Shown: positions 7,712-18,853 of the stretch, in pieces
Layout: every line of letters begins with the position of its first letter
Position numbering within the stretch: position 1 is the first letter of the stretch
Notes under the pieces: generated by a model
Seen by the model: the letters and a program-made list of their open reading frames with translations, nothing else
Told to the model about the DNA's origin: nothing
Database searches by the model: none
Position numbers and translations under genes: made by a program
Source: a virus
Lineage: Duplodnaviria; Caudoviricetes
Strand: one strand, 5' to 3'
Virus record (IMG/VR): IMGVR_UViG_3300042367_000066
Location: 188-64,187 of that record
DNA length: 64,000 nucleotides

Positions 7712-8196
7712 CAAATCATAATAGGAACTACATATACTTCTGGATATGTATTTTAATATCAACATTGGCAGTGTTGCTAGCATCATGTTCTACTAGGAAG
7801 GTAGTGATAGATGAGGTTAAGAAGGATTCTGTGTCGCAAATATCGGTTAAAATTGCGACAAAAGAGGTTGTCGATGTCAAGAACGAGACAGATATATTTA
7901 TAGAGGAGTTCACAGTAACTCCACTAGACACGTGTAAAGACATAGTAATAGATGGTAAGGTTTACAAGAACGTTACTATTAACTATAAAAAGACAAAAGA
8001 CAAGTCTGTATATACCGAGAAAAAAATAGAGTCTAAAATCGAAGATAAACAACAAACTATAACAGTTGTTGAAAAAATAAAAAAGAAAGAGGTTGATAGG
8101 ACATCCTTAAATATTCTCTGGATAATAATAATATCACTTATAATAGTATTATGGCTAAACAAACAGTATCTATTAAGTCTGTTAAGAAGGATATAA
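7708..8196 (+). CDS. Lipoprotein with C-terminal TM: probable unimolecular spanin
   Basis: Signal peptide with lipobox LLAS-C, periplasmic segment, C-terminal ILWIIIISLIIVLWL. Confidence 0.65.
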   Translation: MTNHNRNYIYFWICILISTLAVLLASCSTRKVVIDEVKKDSVSQISVKIATKEVVDVKNETDIFIEEFTVTPLDTCKDIVIDGKVYKNVTINYKKTKDKSVYTEKKIESKIEDKQQTITVVEKIKKKEVDRTSLNILWIIIISLIIVLWLNKQYLLSLLRRI

Positions 8197-8281
8197 ATAG
8201 ACCAGGAGTACACTCTAAAAATTCATCGTCTAAATTAAAATCTAGTAAAAACTATAAAAAATCCTATAAAGGACAAGGAAG

Positions 8282-11200
8282 ATGACAAAAATAAGTGTTT
8301 ATAATATAGATGAGTACGTAACGGCAGACGACAAGTGGATAGGAACGGACGTAAACACGTATAATAAGACTAAGAACTTTACTCCAAGGAAGCTATCACA
8401 TTACTTTAACAACAACCAGGTAATAAATACTGGTGTAGATCTACTGTACAAGTACTTCACAATAACTCCTCCAGAGACAAGGCCTACTGGAACACTGTCA
8501 TTTGAGACAGAGATAGGGCCTACAGTTAATTTCTCTGCAATAAGCACGTTCCTACTTAGTAACACAACACTAAAGGGAAACTACATAGTAGAGTTCTTTG
8601 ATTTCTTGGTTGGTACAAATGTTTTAATGTACAAGGCTAAGAATATAAACCTGTTCGGAAGCTACAAGATATTGTCTGTAGAAGAGTATCTACCAGAGCC
8701 TAACTTCCTTGTTGTAAACATAGAGTTTATAGAGGGTAACGGATTTATAGAAGAGGACGAGGACTACATGATATCACTTATAGATATTAGTAGCGGAGGT
8801 GGAGGATCTCAGAATCTTCAACAGGTTACAGATGAAGGATCGACTACTACTAATCCTATAACTGCTGCGTCATTTATAAAGCAAGGCGGAACAGGAACTA
8901 ATATATTATTAGATAATGGGAACACTGTTTCCTTATCTTCTATTGGTGGTAACACAAACTTATCTACGTCTCAGACTGCAAGTAACTTTACAATTAATAG
9001 CGATACTGGTACAGACGCAAGTGTTCCTTTAGGAAATGGAACTTTAGCAGGAGCTACTTTAAATGATTATACAACTGCTGAAAAGAATAAATTAGGTGGC
9101 ATTGCACCTGGTGCAAACGTAGGTGTTGTACCAAATTCTCCTATAACTGGAGCGACAAAGACAAAGATAACATACGACTCTAAAGGACTTGTTACAGCAG
9201 GAGTAGACGCAACCACAGCAGACATAACGGACTCAACAAATAAGAGATACGTGACAGATGCAAACTTGACTGTTCTAGGAAACACAAGCGGTACAAATAC
9301 TGGTGACCAAAATTTACAACAAGTTACTAATTTAGGTGCAACTACTACTAATCCAATAACTATTACTGTTGGAGATGTAGGAGCAAATGGTATTACTTCA
9401 TATTCATCTCAAGGATATGGTGTCAGAGGAGAATCAAGCGAAAATTATGGTGTTTATGGAATTTCAACATCGACAGCAGGTGTTTATGGAACTTCAGAAA
9501 GTGGATATGGCGTTGAAGGATATTCTGAATCAGGAATAGCTGTACGTGGTTCGGCTATAACAGGATATGGCATAGAATCATATTCTTATAGTGGAAGAGC
9601 AATATCTGCAACTTCTGATATTGGAACTGGTTTATATGCTAATTCTGAATTTATTGGAGCATCTATTTATTCTAATGGAATAGGCTTACAGGTAAATGGT
9701 AATGGTACAATAGCTATTGACGTTATTTTAGGTAACTCAAATAAAGGACTTGTTATTAACAGTGGAACATCTTCAACAGGTAATTTTATAGAGTTAGCAA
9801 AAAATTCAGTTAATAAACTAACAGTAAACCAAGCAGGAGAGTTAATTGCGCAAAAATTAATAAAAGAGGGGGGATTTGATAATCAATTCCTAAAGGCCGA
9901 TGGTTCAGTTGATAATAATACATACCTAACCTCTGCTGATTTACCATCTACATTAGATCTATACGCCACAACATCACCTGACCCAGTTATACCAGGATAT
10001 ACTGCATTAGTTAGAAACATAGCCGATTCAAGATATAATACAACTGCGGTTGACGTACCAACTCCTACAATTACTGGTACTTTAGCATCTCCTACGTTTT
10101 GCGGAGCAGTAATTAGTGATCCTAGTATCTTATTAGGTAATCCTGGAGTATTTAACTTCTCAGTAATTGGTAAGATAAGAAGAACAGGCGGTTCTACATC
10201 TAGTGGTGCAGACTTCTTTTATAGCATTTATAAGAGAGATACATCAGGAGTTGAAACATTAATAGCAGATAGCGCTCCAGTTGCCGTACCTGCTAACGGA
10301 GGAATTTATATCGAGTATATTTCAATAGCATTATGGAATAATGGTATCTTCTTAAGTACGGATAGAGTAGTTTTAAAATTCTATGGAATTCAATCAGGTA
10401 CAGGTAGTGGAGCTACTTATGAGTTTCAATTTGGAGGCGCTGACCCAGTAAGGGGTACAGCGGCAATATCTTCTGCAATAATACCTAACATTTACTTAAA
10501 GGATTTAGCTGATGTTGAGAAAACCCCAGCATTGAACAATGAGGTGTTGTATTGGAATGACTCTGCTTCGCTATGGGAACACTCACTAGTTGAAAATTTA
10601 GTTCCAGATGCAAGTGCAACTCAGAAGGGATTAGTTACAACAGGAACGCAAACATTTGCTGGAGCAAAAACATTTACAGGAGCAATAGGCGCAAGTAATT
10701 TAAGTGGAACAAATACAGGTGACCAAGACTTACAGTCTGTTACAACTAAAGGAGCAAGTACTACTAATGCAATAACCGTTACTTCTTCCGTCATCGCTAT
10801 AACAGGTAATTCCACTGAGCAAATCGGCGTATATGGGACTTCTGTTTCAGGCACAGGAATAGCTGGAACTTCTATTGATGATGTGGGTGCATATGGAAGC
10901 TCTACTAACGCAGTAGGAGGAGTTTTTAATACTGTCAACGGTGCTAATATTGCTCAATTTCAAACAGGCTTTGATATAAAGGCAACAGTTAAAGCTGATG
11001 GAACTTTTGCAGGAACAGGATTAAACGCTTCAGGACAAACTATAAACACCATAGCTTCATTTGACGCTAATAAAAACGTAGTTAGTTTATCTACCGCAAC
11101 CTATCCAAGTCTTACTGAATTAGCGCTATTAAAAGGAGTTTCAGGAAGTTCTGTTCAAACACAATTAGATGGAAAACAAGCTACATTATCATCTACTGTA

Positions 11201-11743
11201 AACATTAAATCTATAAACGGAAATGATATTTTAGGAAGTGGCAATTTAACTATAACTGCAGCTCCTGAAGAATTAGCAGCTTTTAGAATGTTGGCTAATA
11301 ATTCAGCAGTAACAGCAGTCCCAACAGTACAAGTTTTTAAAGATATAGGGGAACAAGATTATATCTTGTCGCCTACATTTACTCCAATTACTGGACCTAC
11401 AAATATTATTTCAAATACATATAAATATGAACAAGTAGGTAGTTTAGTAACTGTTAGAGTAAATTTAATTTATACTACTGCTGGAAGTATTTCACAGGTT
11501 GTTATTCCATTGCCTGCAGATATGCCAACTCCATTAGCTCCAACGGGATTAGGTGCGGCATTAGATATTTTGTACTATGGCGTGGGTATGTTTAACACTT
11601 TAACAACTTCGATAGCAACTGTTGGTAGAACTTGTCTTTTAAGAAGAAATGTAACAAATACTGGATATGAGTTTGTATTAACACATTCAACGGCAGTATC
11701 ATCAAGAGTAATATCTTTAACCTTACAATACTTTACAGAATGA
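8282..11743 (+). CDS. Tail/head fibre protein (1153 aa)
   Basis: Gly/Thr/Ser-rich; GVYG.S beta repeats; recurring QNLQQVT modules; N-terminus paralogous to 12743. Confidence 0.8.
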   Translation: MTKISVYNIDEYVTADDKWIGTDVNTYNKTKNFTPRKLSHYFNNNQVINTGVDLLYKYFTITPPETRPTGTLSFETEIGPTVNFSAISTFLLSNTTLKGNYIVEFFDFLVGTNVLMYKAKNINLFGSYKILSVEEYLPEPNFLVVNIEFIEGNGFIEEDEDYMISLIDISSGGGGSQNLQQVTDEGSTTTNPITAASFIKQGGTGTNILLDNGNTVSLSSIGGNTNLSTSQTASNFTINSDTGTDASVPLGNGTLAGATLNDYTTAEKNKLGGIAPGANVGVVPNSPITGATKTKITYDSKGLVTAGVDATTADITDSTNKRYVTDANLTVLGNTSGTNTGDQNLQQVTNLGATTTNPITITVGDVGANGITSYSSQGYGVRGESSENYGVYGISTSTAGVYGTSESGYGVEGYSESGIAVRGSAITGYGIESYSYSGRAISATSDIGTGLYANSEFIGASIYSNGIGLQVNGNGTIAIDVILGNSNKGLVINSGTSSTGNFIELAKNSVNKLTVNQAGELIAQKLIKEGGFDNQFLKADGSVDNNTYLTSADLPSTLDLYATTSPDPVIPGYTALVRNIADSRYNTTAVDVPTPTITGTLASPTFCGAVISDPSILLGNPGVFNFSVIGKIRRTGGSTSSGADFFYSIYKRDTSGVETLIADSAPVAVPANGGIYIEYISIALWNNGIFLSTDRVVLKFYGIQSGTGSGATYEFQFGGADPVRGTAAISSAIIPNIYLKDLADVEKTPALNNEVLYWNDSASLWEHSLVENLVPDASATQKGLVTTGTQTFAGAKTFTGAIGASNLSGTNTGDQDLQSVTTKGASTTNAITVTSSVIAITGNSTEQIGVYGTSVSGTGIAGTSIDDVGAYGSSTNAVGGVFNTVNGANIAQFQTGFDIKATVKADGTFAGTGLNASGQTINTIASFDANKNVVSLSTATYPSLTELALLKGVSGSSVQTQLDGKQATLSSTVNIKSINGNDILGSGNLTITAAPEELAAFRMLANNSAVTAVPTVQVFKDIGEQDYILSPTFTPITGPTNIISNTYKYEQVGSLVTVRVNLIYTTAGSISQVVIPLPADMPTPLAPTGLGAALDILYYGVGMFNTLTTSIATVGRTCLLRRNVTNTGYEFVLTHSTAVSSRVISLTLQYFTE

Positions 11744-12165
11744 AACATATAAGACAAATTAATTCAGTAGGCACAAATAGCTACACGATAGTAAAATTAG
11801 ACAACTATGTAGGGGAGTTAGAAGCCCATCCAATATTAGTTGATTATTCAGATTTGTTCGAAATTTCAGAAGACGAATTACCTGCATATATACAGTATGT
11901 AAGTATACCAACTCTAACTGTTCCAGATGAGGTACAGCTATGGAGAATTAGAACTGTATTAAAACTAATGCAACTAGAAACTTCAATAGAACAAACACTA
12001 GAAACATTACCTGAACCTTCAAAGACAGCCGCAAATTACATTTGGAATTACGGAACAACAGTAGAGAGATCAAGTCAGACAGTTCTATTGCTACAGTCCG
12101 CCTTACAAATGACTAACGAACAGGTAGACGACCTATTTATACAAGCAGAAGCGATATTATTATGA
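11740..12165 (+). CDS. Fibre-associated (assembly chaperone-like) protein
   Basis: VPDEV...R..L...IW.Y..TVER...L.MT.EQVDDLF.QA pattern typical after fibre genes. Confidence 0.55.
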   Translation: MKHIRQINSVGTNSYTIVKLDNYVGELEAHPILVDYSDLFEISEDELPAYIQYVSIPTLTVPDEVQLWRIRTVLKLMQLETSIEQTLETLPEPSKTAANYIWNYGTTVERSSQTVLLLQSALQMTNEQVDDLFIQAEAILL

Positions 12166-12491
12166 TCTTATTTATAATTGCATACGTATTATTTCTACCA
12201 TTAAGTTTAATTAATTGGTTCTTTGTAAAAGATAAATGGGGTTATTTCAAAAGTTCAGCAGTTAATATAGACAAGTTCGGAAATAGAGAGTTTAGAACCC
12301 TATTTAATAAAGTTTTAATATTAAAAGACGGTTGTAAGTTCGGTGACATTGGAGAGACTATATCTAGTGTATTAGGTAAGAATCAATTAACAGGCACGCT
12401 TACAAGATTTGGTAAGGTTATCGTTTGGATATTAGATAAGATAGATAAGGATCATTGTTTTAAAAGCATAAATAAATCACTATCTTTGTAA
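12162..12491 (+). CDS. Conserved phage membrane protein
   Basis: N-terminal TM; DKFGN...ETISSVLGKN...LDKIDKDHC. Confidence 0.7.
   Translation: MILFIIAYVLFLPLSLINWFFVKDKWGYFKSSAVNIDKFGNREFRTLFNKVLILKDGCKFGDIGETISSVLGKNQLTGTLTRFGKVIVWILDKIDKDHCFKSINKSLSL
12481..12488 (+). promoter_or_regulatory. -7 promoter element
   Basis: TATCTTTG 19 nt before ATG 12508. Confidence 0.6.
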
Positions 12492-12507
12492 AAAAAAATT
12501 AAATCAA

Positions 12508-12756
12508 ATGAAAACAATAACAGAACAAGAATTAGAAGACTTAAGAAGAGTTAACTCAGAGTTTAATACGTTAAAAGGTAAAATCGCAGACGCTGAGATT
12601 GAAATCAAGAAACTTAACGTGTTTAAGGAAGACGTGTTCTCTAAATTAGAGACAGCGTCTTTAGATTTTAAAGAACAAGAAAAGAAACTATTAGAAGTTT
12701 ACGGAAACGTAAACATAAACCTACAAACAGGAGAGATCACAAATGACAAAAATTAG
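12508..12756 (+). CDS. Small coiled-coil protein
   Basis: Heptad helix ending YG.VNINLQTGEI. Confidence 0.7.
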   Translation: MKTITEQELEDLRRVNSEFNTLKGKIADAEIEIKKLNVFKEDVFSKLETASLDFKEQEKKLLEVYGNVNINLQTGEITNDKN

Positions 12757-14512
12757 CCAGTATCAAGAAGTAGCACTACCAGACGTTGATGATTTATTAA
12801 TTGGAACAGATGTTGAAAATGACAATTCAACTAAGAACTTTACTATACAAAGTATAGTTGACTTAGTTAGTGCAGCTGCTGGAGTAACTCCAACGCTTCA
12901 ACAGGTTACAATTGCAGGAAATGAAACTATTACAGACATAACTGCTAATAAGTTTAAAAAATCTGGTGGACTGTCATCTCAAATACTAGCAGCTAATGGA
13001 GATGTTATAACAGCGGGAGCTAACATAACAATATCTGGAGGTACAATATCTTCCTCTGGAGGAGGAGGCGGAGGAGGGATAACCTCTATAAACAGTCTAA
13101 GTGCAGCTGCACAATCTTTAGAGGTAGGAACCACTGGTACTAACTTCAATATAAGTTCAGTAGGAACAGTTCATACGTTTAATATACCTAGTGCCTCTGT
13201 TTCAAACAGGGGTCTATTAAGTAATACAGACTGGATTAATTTTAATTCTAAGCAGGCAGACTTAGGTTATGTACCAGTGAATAGAGCTGGAGACACAATG
13301 TCAGGACTACTAGTTCTTAGTGGTGATCCAGGAGCTGCTCTAGGTGCTGCAACAAAACAGTACGTAGACAATATCTCAGGAAATGTTGTATTTAACTCTC
13401 CTGTGTACACAGCAACAACAGGCAACCTAACAGCTACCTATAGCAACGGAACGGCAGGAGTTGGAGCCACATTGACGGCAACAACAAACGGCGCGTTACA
13501 GGTAGACGGAGAGTTTCCTTTGTACTTAGACAGGGTATTAGTTTGGCAACAGACAAGTGCACTACAAAACGGTGTGTACACTGTAGACGTTGTAGGAGAC
13601 TCTGTGACACCTTACAGATTAATTAGATCTGCAGACTCAGACAACACACCTTCAGGAGAGATTAGATATGGTGACTACACTCTTATACTGTCAGGAGATA
13701 CAAATGGAGGAAAGGGTTTCATATGTAACACTGTAGGAACAGTGGTAGTTGGTACCACTCCTATAACCTTTGTACAGTACAACGTGGCACAAGCTGTTAC
13801 ACCTGGATTTGGGTTACTTACATCATCACCAAATGTTATTGCAATAGACACCGCAATCACACAAGAAAAGATAACACTTACAACAAATGGAACTGGAGCA
13901 GCTACATTAAACCCTACTACTAATGTCTTAAATATTCCAGTTACATCTGGAGGAAGTGGAGGAATAGGAACTGTTACATCAGTAGCTGCCCTAACGCTTA
14001 CTAGTATAAGTCAAACTGACCTATCAAGCACGGTAGCGAATTCAACATCAACACCAGTTATTACATTGAACGTTCCAAACGCATCTGCTACTAATAGGGG
14101 TGTGCTAACAGCTGCAAATTGGACAACGTTTAATAATAAACAAGACGCACTTTCTAGTTTAAATATAAAAACGGTTGGAGGCACGTCTTTAATTGGACCA
14201 GGAGATGTCCCATTAATATACAGTGTGTTAGAAAAAACAGCTAACTACACATTAACTTCAGCTGATAACGGAAGGGTAATTATATTTACAGCTCCAGTGC
14301 CAGCAACTCCTTTAGTGCTAACAGTACCTTTGTCTTTGCCAGATGGGTTTGAGTGCACGTTTGTGACAATGGACTCAACGCTATTGACAGTAACTCCAGC
14401 AGTTGGGGTAACACTATATAACAACTCAGCCTTAACTATGTTTCCTAAGTTAAGTTTTACACTAAAGAGAATAGTAACTCCAAATGCATTTATAACTTCA
14501 GGAAACCTATGA
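12743..14512 (+). CDS. Fibre protein (589 aa)
   Basis: GDTMSG.L.L...[15 protein letters not shown]...QNGVY, GTVTSVA fibre motifs. Confidence 0.8.
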   Translation: MTKISQYQEVALPDVDDLLIGTDVENDNSTKNFTIQSIVDLVSAAAGVTPTLQQVTIAGNETITDITANKFKKSGGLSSQILAANGDVITAGANITISGGTISSSGGGGGGGITSINSLSAAAQSLEVGTTGTNFNISSVGTVHTFNIPSASVSNRGLLSNTDWINFNSKQADLGYVPVNRAGDTMSGLLVLSGDPGAALGAATKQYVDNISGNVVFNSPVYTATTGNLTATYSNGTAGVGATLTATTNGALQVDGEFPLYLDRVLVWQQTSALQNGVYTVDVVGDSVTPYRLIRSADSDNTPSGEIRYGDYTLILSGDTNGGKGFICNTVGTVVVGTTPITFVQYNVAQAVTPGFGLLTSSPNVIAIDTAITQEKITLTTNGTGAATLNPTTNVLNIPVTSGGSGGIGTVTSVAALTLTSISQTDLSSTVANSTSTPVITLNVPNASATNRGVLTAANWTTFNNKQDALSSLNIKTVGGTSLIGPGDVPLIYSVLEKTANYTLTSADNGRVIIFTAPVPATPLVLTVPLSLPDGFECTFVTMDSTLLTVTPAVGVTLYNNSALTMFPKLSFTLKRIVTPNAFITSGNL

Positions 14513-17500
14513 ATAGACTAGCATTCCAAACATACGGAACAAAAAAATTAAGTTTATTTCAATCTGTTTGGGATACAACCAAAACTAGCACAGTTGGAAC
14601 AGAACTAGCTAATACAGCGGCAACAACACCACTACCATCAGGGTGGAGTGGAACAAATCTTTTGCCAAATGGATACACTCATACTGCAGGAAATACAGCT
14701 GTGTTACTAGTTAATAATTTAACACCTACTGAAGGACAGAGTTATCGAATAATATGTACACTTTCAGCAGGATCAACAGGTTCAGTTACAATAAACTTTG
14801 GAGGAGTGTCCAGTGCTTCATTAACTGTTACCACTACAACAATCCTAACACCAATAAATGCAGCAATTAAGTTATCAATTACTCCATCAAATGACTTTGT
14901 TGGAACAGTGTCACTAAGTATAAAACAGAGTTCGTCAGCACTTAATCAAATACAGCTACCAATAACTCTTGCCTCTGGAAAGTCAGTATGGATAGACTGG
15001 GGAGATGGTCAGTATAGCACCATGAATAGTGTTAATTTTTATGCAAATAGAATCCACACGTATACAACACCAGGAGAGTATCCAGTAAGGGTATTTGGAG
15101 ATGACTTCAGTTTTGGATTTGGGAGTGGAGGTATTAATGATAGATTAAAAATAAAGTCTATATCTAGTTGGGGTAAACTAAAATTAGGAGCAAATTCTTT
15201 TAATGGATGTTCTAATGTGACCATGTCTGGAATAACTGATATTCCTGATTTAACTGGAGTAACTGACTTATCAAGTGCATTTTTAAGCTGTTCACTACTA
15301 ACTACTGTTGGTAGAATAAATGAATGGAATACAAGTTCAGTTACTAACATGAGCTTTATGTTTTCTTATTGTACATTATTTAATAGCAATATTGGAAATT
15401 GGAATACTTCAGAAGTTATTAACATGAGTTCTATGTTTGGATCATTTGGCTCCACAAGTAATTTTAACCAAGACATCAGTGGATGGAATGTAAATAAGGT
15501 TACTAATATGAATCAGATGTTTGATGGTGCATCAGCATTTAATCAAAATCTTAGTAACTGGGAGAGAGTATCATCACCTGATACTTCTTCTTTATCGAAA
15601 GTAATATTTATGTCCAATATGTTCCGAGGAGCGTCTAATTTTAATAATGGATTTGCATCTGGAGTAGCAAATCAATTACCATGGAATACTAGTGCATGTA
15701 CTACTATGGAAAGTATGTTTATTGGCGCAATAGCATTCAACTCTAATTTAGGAACAGGAACAACACCATGGAATGTAAGTAAGGTTACTACATTTGCAAG
15801 TATGTTTAGTGGAGCTACAGCATTTACTAATGGTGATAATTCAGCTCCTATTAATAATTGGGCTATAAACACTGTGTCTAATGTTACCATGGGTAATATG
15901 TTTAATAATGCTGATGCTTTCAATAGAGCTATTAGTAACTGGAACATGACTAAGGTAACTAATACAAGTTCTATGTTTGCTAACACTAATGTATTCAACC
16001 AATCATTATCTAATTGGGAAAGACCTGGGGCTACAATGGGTAATGTTACAGATATGAGCAGTATGTTTCAAGGTGCTTCTACCTTTAACCAAAATATAGG
16101 AGCATGGAATGTTAGTAAAGTAACAACATTTGCAAGTATGTTCAATGGAGCTACAGCATTTAACAATAACGGAAGTTCTGATATTAATAATTGGTCTATA
16201 AACACTGTGTCTAATGTTACCATGGGTAATATGTTTGTTAATGCATCTAATTTCAATATGCCTATTAGCAACTGGAATATGACTAAGGTAAACAATACAG
16301 CAGGTATGTTTAATGGAACAACACTGTTTAATCAACCTTTAGCTAACTGGGAAAGAGCTGGGTCTACAACAGGCAATATTACCAACATGCAATCTATGTT
16401 CCAAGGTGCTTCTGCATTCAATCAAAACATTGGTAACTGGAATGTAAACAAGGTAACTATTTTTCAACAAATGTTTCAATTATCAGGATTTAACAATAAT
16501 GGAAGTCCTGATATAAACAATTGGGTTATAAATACTATAGCATCTGTTAATATGTCATCTATGTTTAATAATGCTGATGCCTTTAATCAACCTATTGGGT
16601 CTTGGAATGTTAGTAAGGTTACTAATTTCCAAAGTATGTTTCAATCAACATTTGCCTTTAATCAACCTATTGGGTCTTGGAATGTGAGCAGTGTAACTAA
16701 TATGTCTTATATGTTTGGAAGCACTACTTCCTTTGACCAACCTATTGGGTCTTGGAATGTGAGTAATGTGACTAATATGGAAGGTATGTTTAATGGTGCA
16801 GCCGCCTTCAACCAACCTATCGGGTCATGGAATGTGAGTAAGGTGACTAGTATGAATGTTATGTTTCAAAATGCTCTTGCTTTCAATAGAGATATAGGTT
16901 CTTGGAACGTATCTAATGTAATAAGTTTCAATTCTTTTATGACAGGAAAAACAAATCTAAACTTCTCATCAACTAACCTAGATGCAATATATAACGGATG
17001 GATAGTAAATGGTGTTAAACCAAACATAACAATAAGTTTTGGAACAGCTAAGTATTCACAAGCTGGTAAAACAGGCAAGGATACATTATTAGCAAGTCCA
17101 AATAACTGGATAATAACAGATGGAGGAAATGAAAATGTATTAGTTCTAGATGCAGGAAATTCAGCCTCATATCCAGGAACAGGAATCACATGGACAGATT
17201 TAAGTGGTAACAACAATAATGGAACATTAGTAAATGGACCAACTTTTGATTCTGGTAATGGAGGAAGTATTGTATTTGATGGTATAAATCAATATGTAAA
17301 TTGTGGAAATGCTTCTAATTTAAAATTTACAAATAACTTCACAATTAATGTATGGGTAAAATTTAATTCATTATTGGGTCCTCAATCAATAATTTCCAAT
17401 AATGAAAATGGAGGTTATGGAATACTTGCTAATTCGGCTAGTAGTAGATTAGAAACTTTCTACTGGATAAACGGAAGTTATAGAAAGGCTGGAGAGGATA

Positions 17501-17784
17501 TGGTAAATTACAATACATCTTCATGGTTTAATATATCGGTAACTTTTAATGGAAGTAATGTTTTATTTTACAGAAATGGAAATTTAATACAAAGTGTTTC
17601 TGCAATAGGAACTGTTTCTACAACTAATCTACCGTTACTAATAGGGGGGAACCCAACCACATCTGGAAATTATGAGGATTTTTTTAATGGTAAAATTTCT
17701 CAAGCACAAGCATATAATAAAGTGTTAACACCAACAGAAGTATTAGCAAACTTTGACGCAACAAAAGGAAGATACGGACTATAA
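14509..17784 (+). CDS. Adhesin-like protein: PKD-like + BspA/DUF285-type repeats + C-terminal LamG domain
   Basis: IDWGDG..HTY..PG.Y; many FNQ.IG.WNVS.VT.M..MF repeats; LDAGN..SYPGTG..W.DLSG...FDG LamG region. Confidence 0.85.
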   Translation: MNRLAFQTYGTKKLSLFQSVWDTTKTSTVGTELANTAATTPLPSGWSGTNLLPNGYTHTAGNTAVLLVNNLTPTEGQSYRIICTLSAGSTGSVTINFGGVSSASLTVTTTTILTPINAAIKLSITPSNDFVGTVSLSIKQSSSALNQIQLPITLASGKSVWIDWGDGQYSTMNSVNFYANRIHTYTTPGEYPVRVFGDDFSFGFGSGGINDRLKIKSISSWGKLKLGANSFNGCSNVTMSGITDIPDLTGVTDLSSAFLSCSLLTTVGRINEWNTSSVTNMSFMFSYCTLFNSNIGNWNTSEVINMSSMFGSFGSTSNFNQDISGWNVNKVTNMNQMFDGASAFNQNLSNWERVSSPDTSSLSKVIFMSNMFRGASNFNNGFASGVANQLPWNTSACTTMESMFIGAIAFNSNLGTGTTPWNVSKVTTFASMFSGATAFTNGDNSAPINNWAINTVSNVTMGNMFNNADAFNRAISNWNMTKVTNTSSMFANTNVFNQSLSNWERPGATMGNVTDMSSMFQGASTFNQNIGAWNVSKVTTFASMFNGATAFNNNGSSDINNWSINTVSNVTMGNMFVNASNFNMPISNWNMTKVNNTAGMFNGTTLFNQPLANWERAGSTTGNITNMQSMFQGASAFNQNIGNWNVNKVTIFQQMFQLSGFNNNGSPDINNWVINTIASVNMSSMFNNADAFNQPIGSWNVSKVTNFQSMFQSTFAFNQPIGSWNVSSVTNMSYMFGSTTSFDQPIGSWNVSNVTNMEGMFNGAAAFNQPIGSWNVSKVTSMNVMFQNALAFNRDIGSWNVSNVISFNSFMTGKTNLNFSSTNLDAIYNGWIVNGVKPNITISFGTAKYSQAGKTGKDTLLASPNNWIITDGGNENVLVLDAGNSASYPGTGITWTDLSGNNNNGTLVNGPTFDSGNGGSIVFDGINQYVNCGNASNLKFTNNFTINVWVKFNSLLGPQSIISNNENGGYGILANSASSRLETFYWINGSYRKAGEDMVNYNTSSWFNISVTFNGSNVLFYRNGNLIQSVSAIGTVSTTNLPLLIGGNPTTSGNYEDFFNGKISQAQAYNKVLTPTEVLANFDATKGRYGL

Positions 17785-17796
17785 TAATCAAATCAA

Positions 17797-18024
17797 ATGA
17801 ACGATATTAGAAAGATATCTATAGGACCTAACTACAAGAGCGACGCGATGCACTTCATCGTCGGTCAGGAGGTCCTGGATAAAAGCTACACAGTGCACTC
17901 TATACTGCTAGACGACAAGTCTGGTGGTATAAAGGTTTGGATAGAGAAGAACTCAGAGGTGTTCTGCTGGAAGGAGTTTAACATTAACATGCCAGTATCG
18001 CTAGAGTACAACATAAACTTCTGA
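17797..18024 (+). CDS. Conserved hypothetical protein
   Basis: IRKISIG.NYK.DAMH..VGQ...WKEFN.NMP.S.EYNI; aatcaaatcaaATG start context. Confidence 0.7.
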   Translation: MNDIRKISIGPNYKSDAMHFIVGQEVLDKSYTVHSILLDDKSGGIKVWIEKNSEVFCWKEFNINMPVSLEYNINF

Positions 18025-18596
18025 TGAGATCCCCAGATATGTTTGTCGTCCGACCATTAGATGGTAGGCGATACGATAATATAAAAAGTATTGGAGGGGT
18101 TGACTTTATAACTAGCACGTCTAAGGAGGACCACACGGTGTCTAACAGGCTTGCAGAAGTTGTAAGTGTACCTATAACTTACGACGGAAATGTAAAAGTT
18201 AACGATATACTTCTAGTTCACCACAACGTGTTCAAGGTCTACTACGACATGAAGGGTAGAGAGAAGAGCGGAGCCAGCTTCTTTAAGGACGACCTGTTCT
18301 TTATAGACGACGAGCAGTACTTCATGTACAACCAGAACGGTGAGTGGAACACACACTCCAAGTACTGCTTTATTAAGCCACTGAAACAGATGGAATCTAC
18401 CATAAATAAGAACAGCAAGGAGGAGCCACTGATGGGTACCATTGTCTATATAAATCAAGAGTTGCTAGACCTTGGTCTAAGCATTGGAGATGAGATCTCG
18501 TTTGAGCCAGACAGTGAGTACCCATTCTATATAAACGACGAGAAGCTGTACAGGATGACCACCAAAAACATTACAATCAAATGGACCACAACATAA
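18024..18596 (+). CDS. Tandem double GroES-like protein
   Basis: Two GroES-like halves: FVVRP...AEVVSVP...VKVNDILLV and CFIKP...GTIVY...IGDEISF...LYRM. Confidence 0.55.
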   Translation: MRSPDMFVVRPLDGRRYDNIKSIGGVDFITSTSKEDHTVSNRLAEVVSVPITYDGNVKVNDILLVHHNVFKVYYDMKGREKSGASFFKDDLFFIDDEQYFMYNQNGEWNTHSKYCFIKPLKQMESTINKNSKEEPLMGTIVYINQELLDLGLSIGDEISFEPDSEYPFYINDEKLYRMTTKNITIKWTTT

Positions 18597-18853
18597 TAAA
18601 ACAGAGGATCATTGCTGCTGGATACAAGGCAGTTAATGAGTTAATAAAGGTTGCAGAGGACGAGATTATAACTGGTATGGATACAGACCTATCTGCAGAT
18701 AAGCTAAAGAACGCGGCAGCTACCAAAAGGCTTGCAATCGAAGATGCCTTCCAGATACTTAATAGGATAGAGCAAGAGAACGACAAACTAACCGAGGAGG
18801 TTAAGGTATCGGAACCTAAAATACAGGGATTTGCAGAAAAAAGATCAAAATAA
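18581..18853 (+). CDS. Probable terminase small subunit
   Basis: Small helical protein immediately before TerL. Confidence 0.5.
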   Translation: MDHNIIKQRIIAAGYKAVNELIKVAEDEIITGMDTDLSADKLKNAAATKRLAIEDAFQILNRIEQENDKLTEEVKVSEPKIQGFAEKRSK

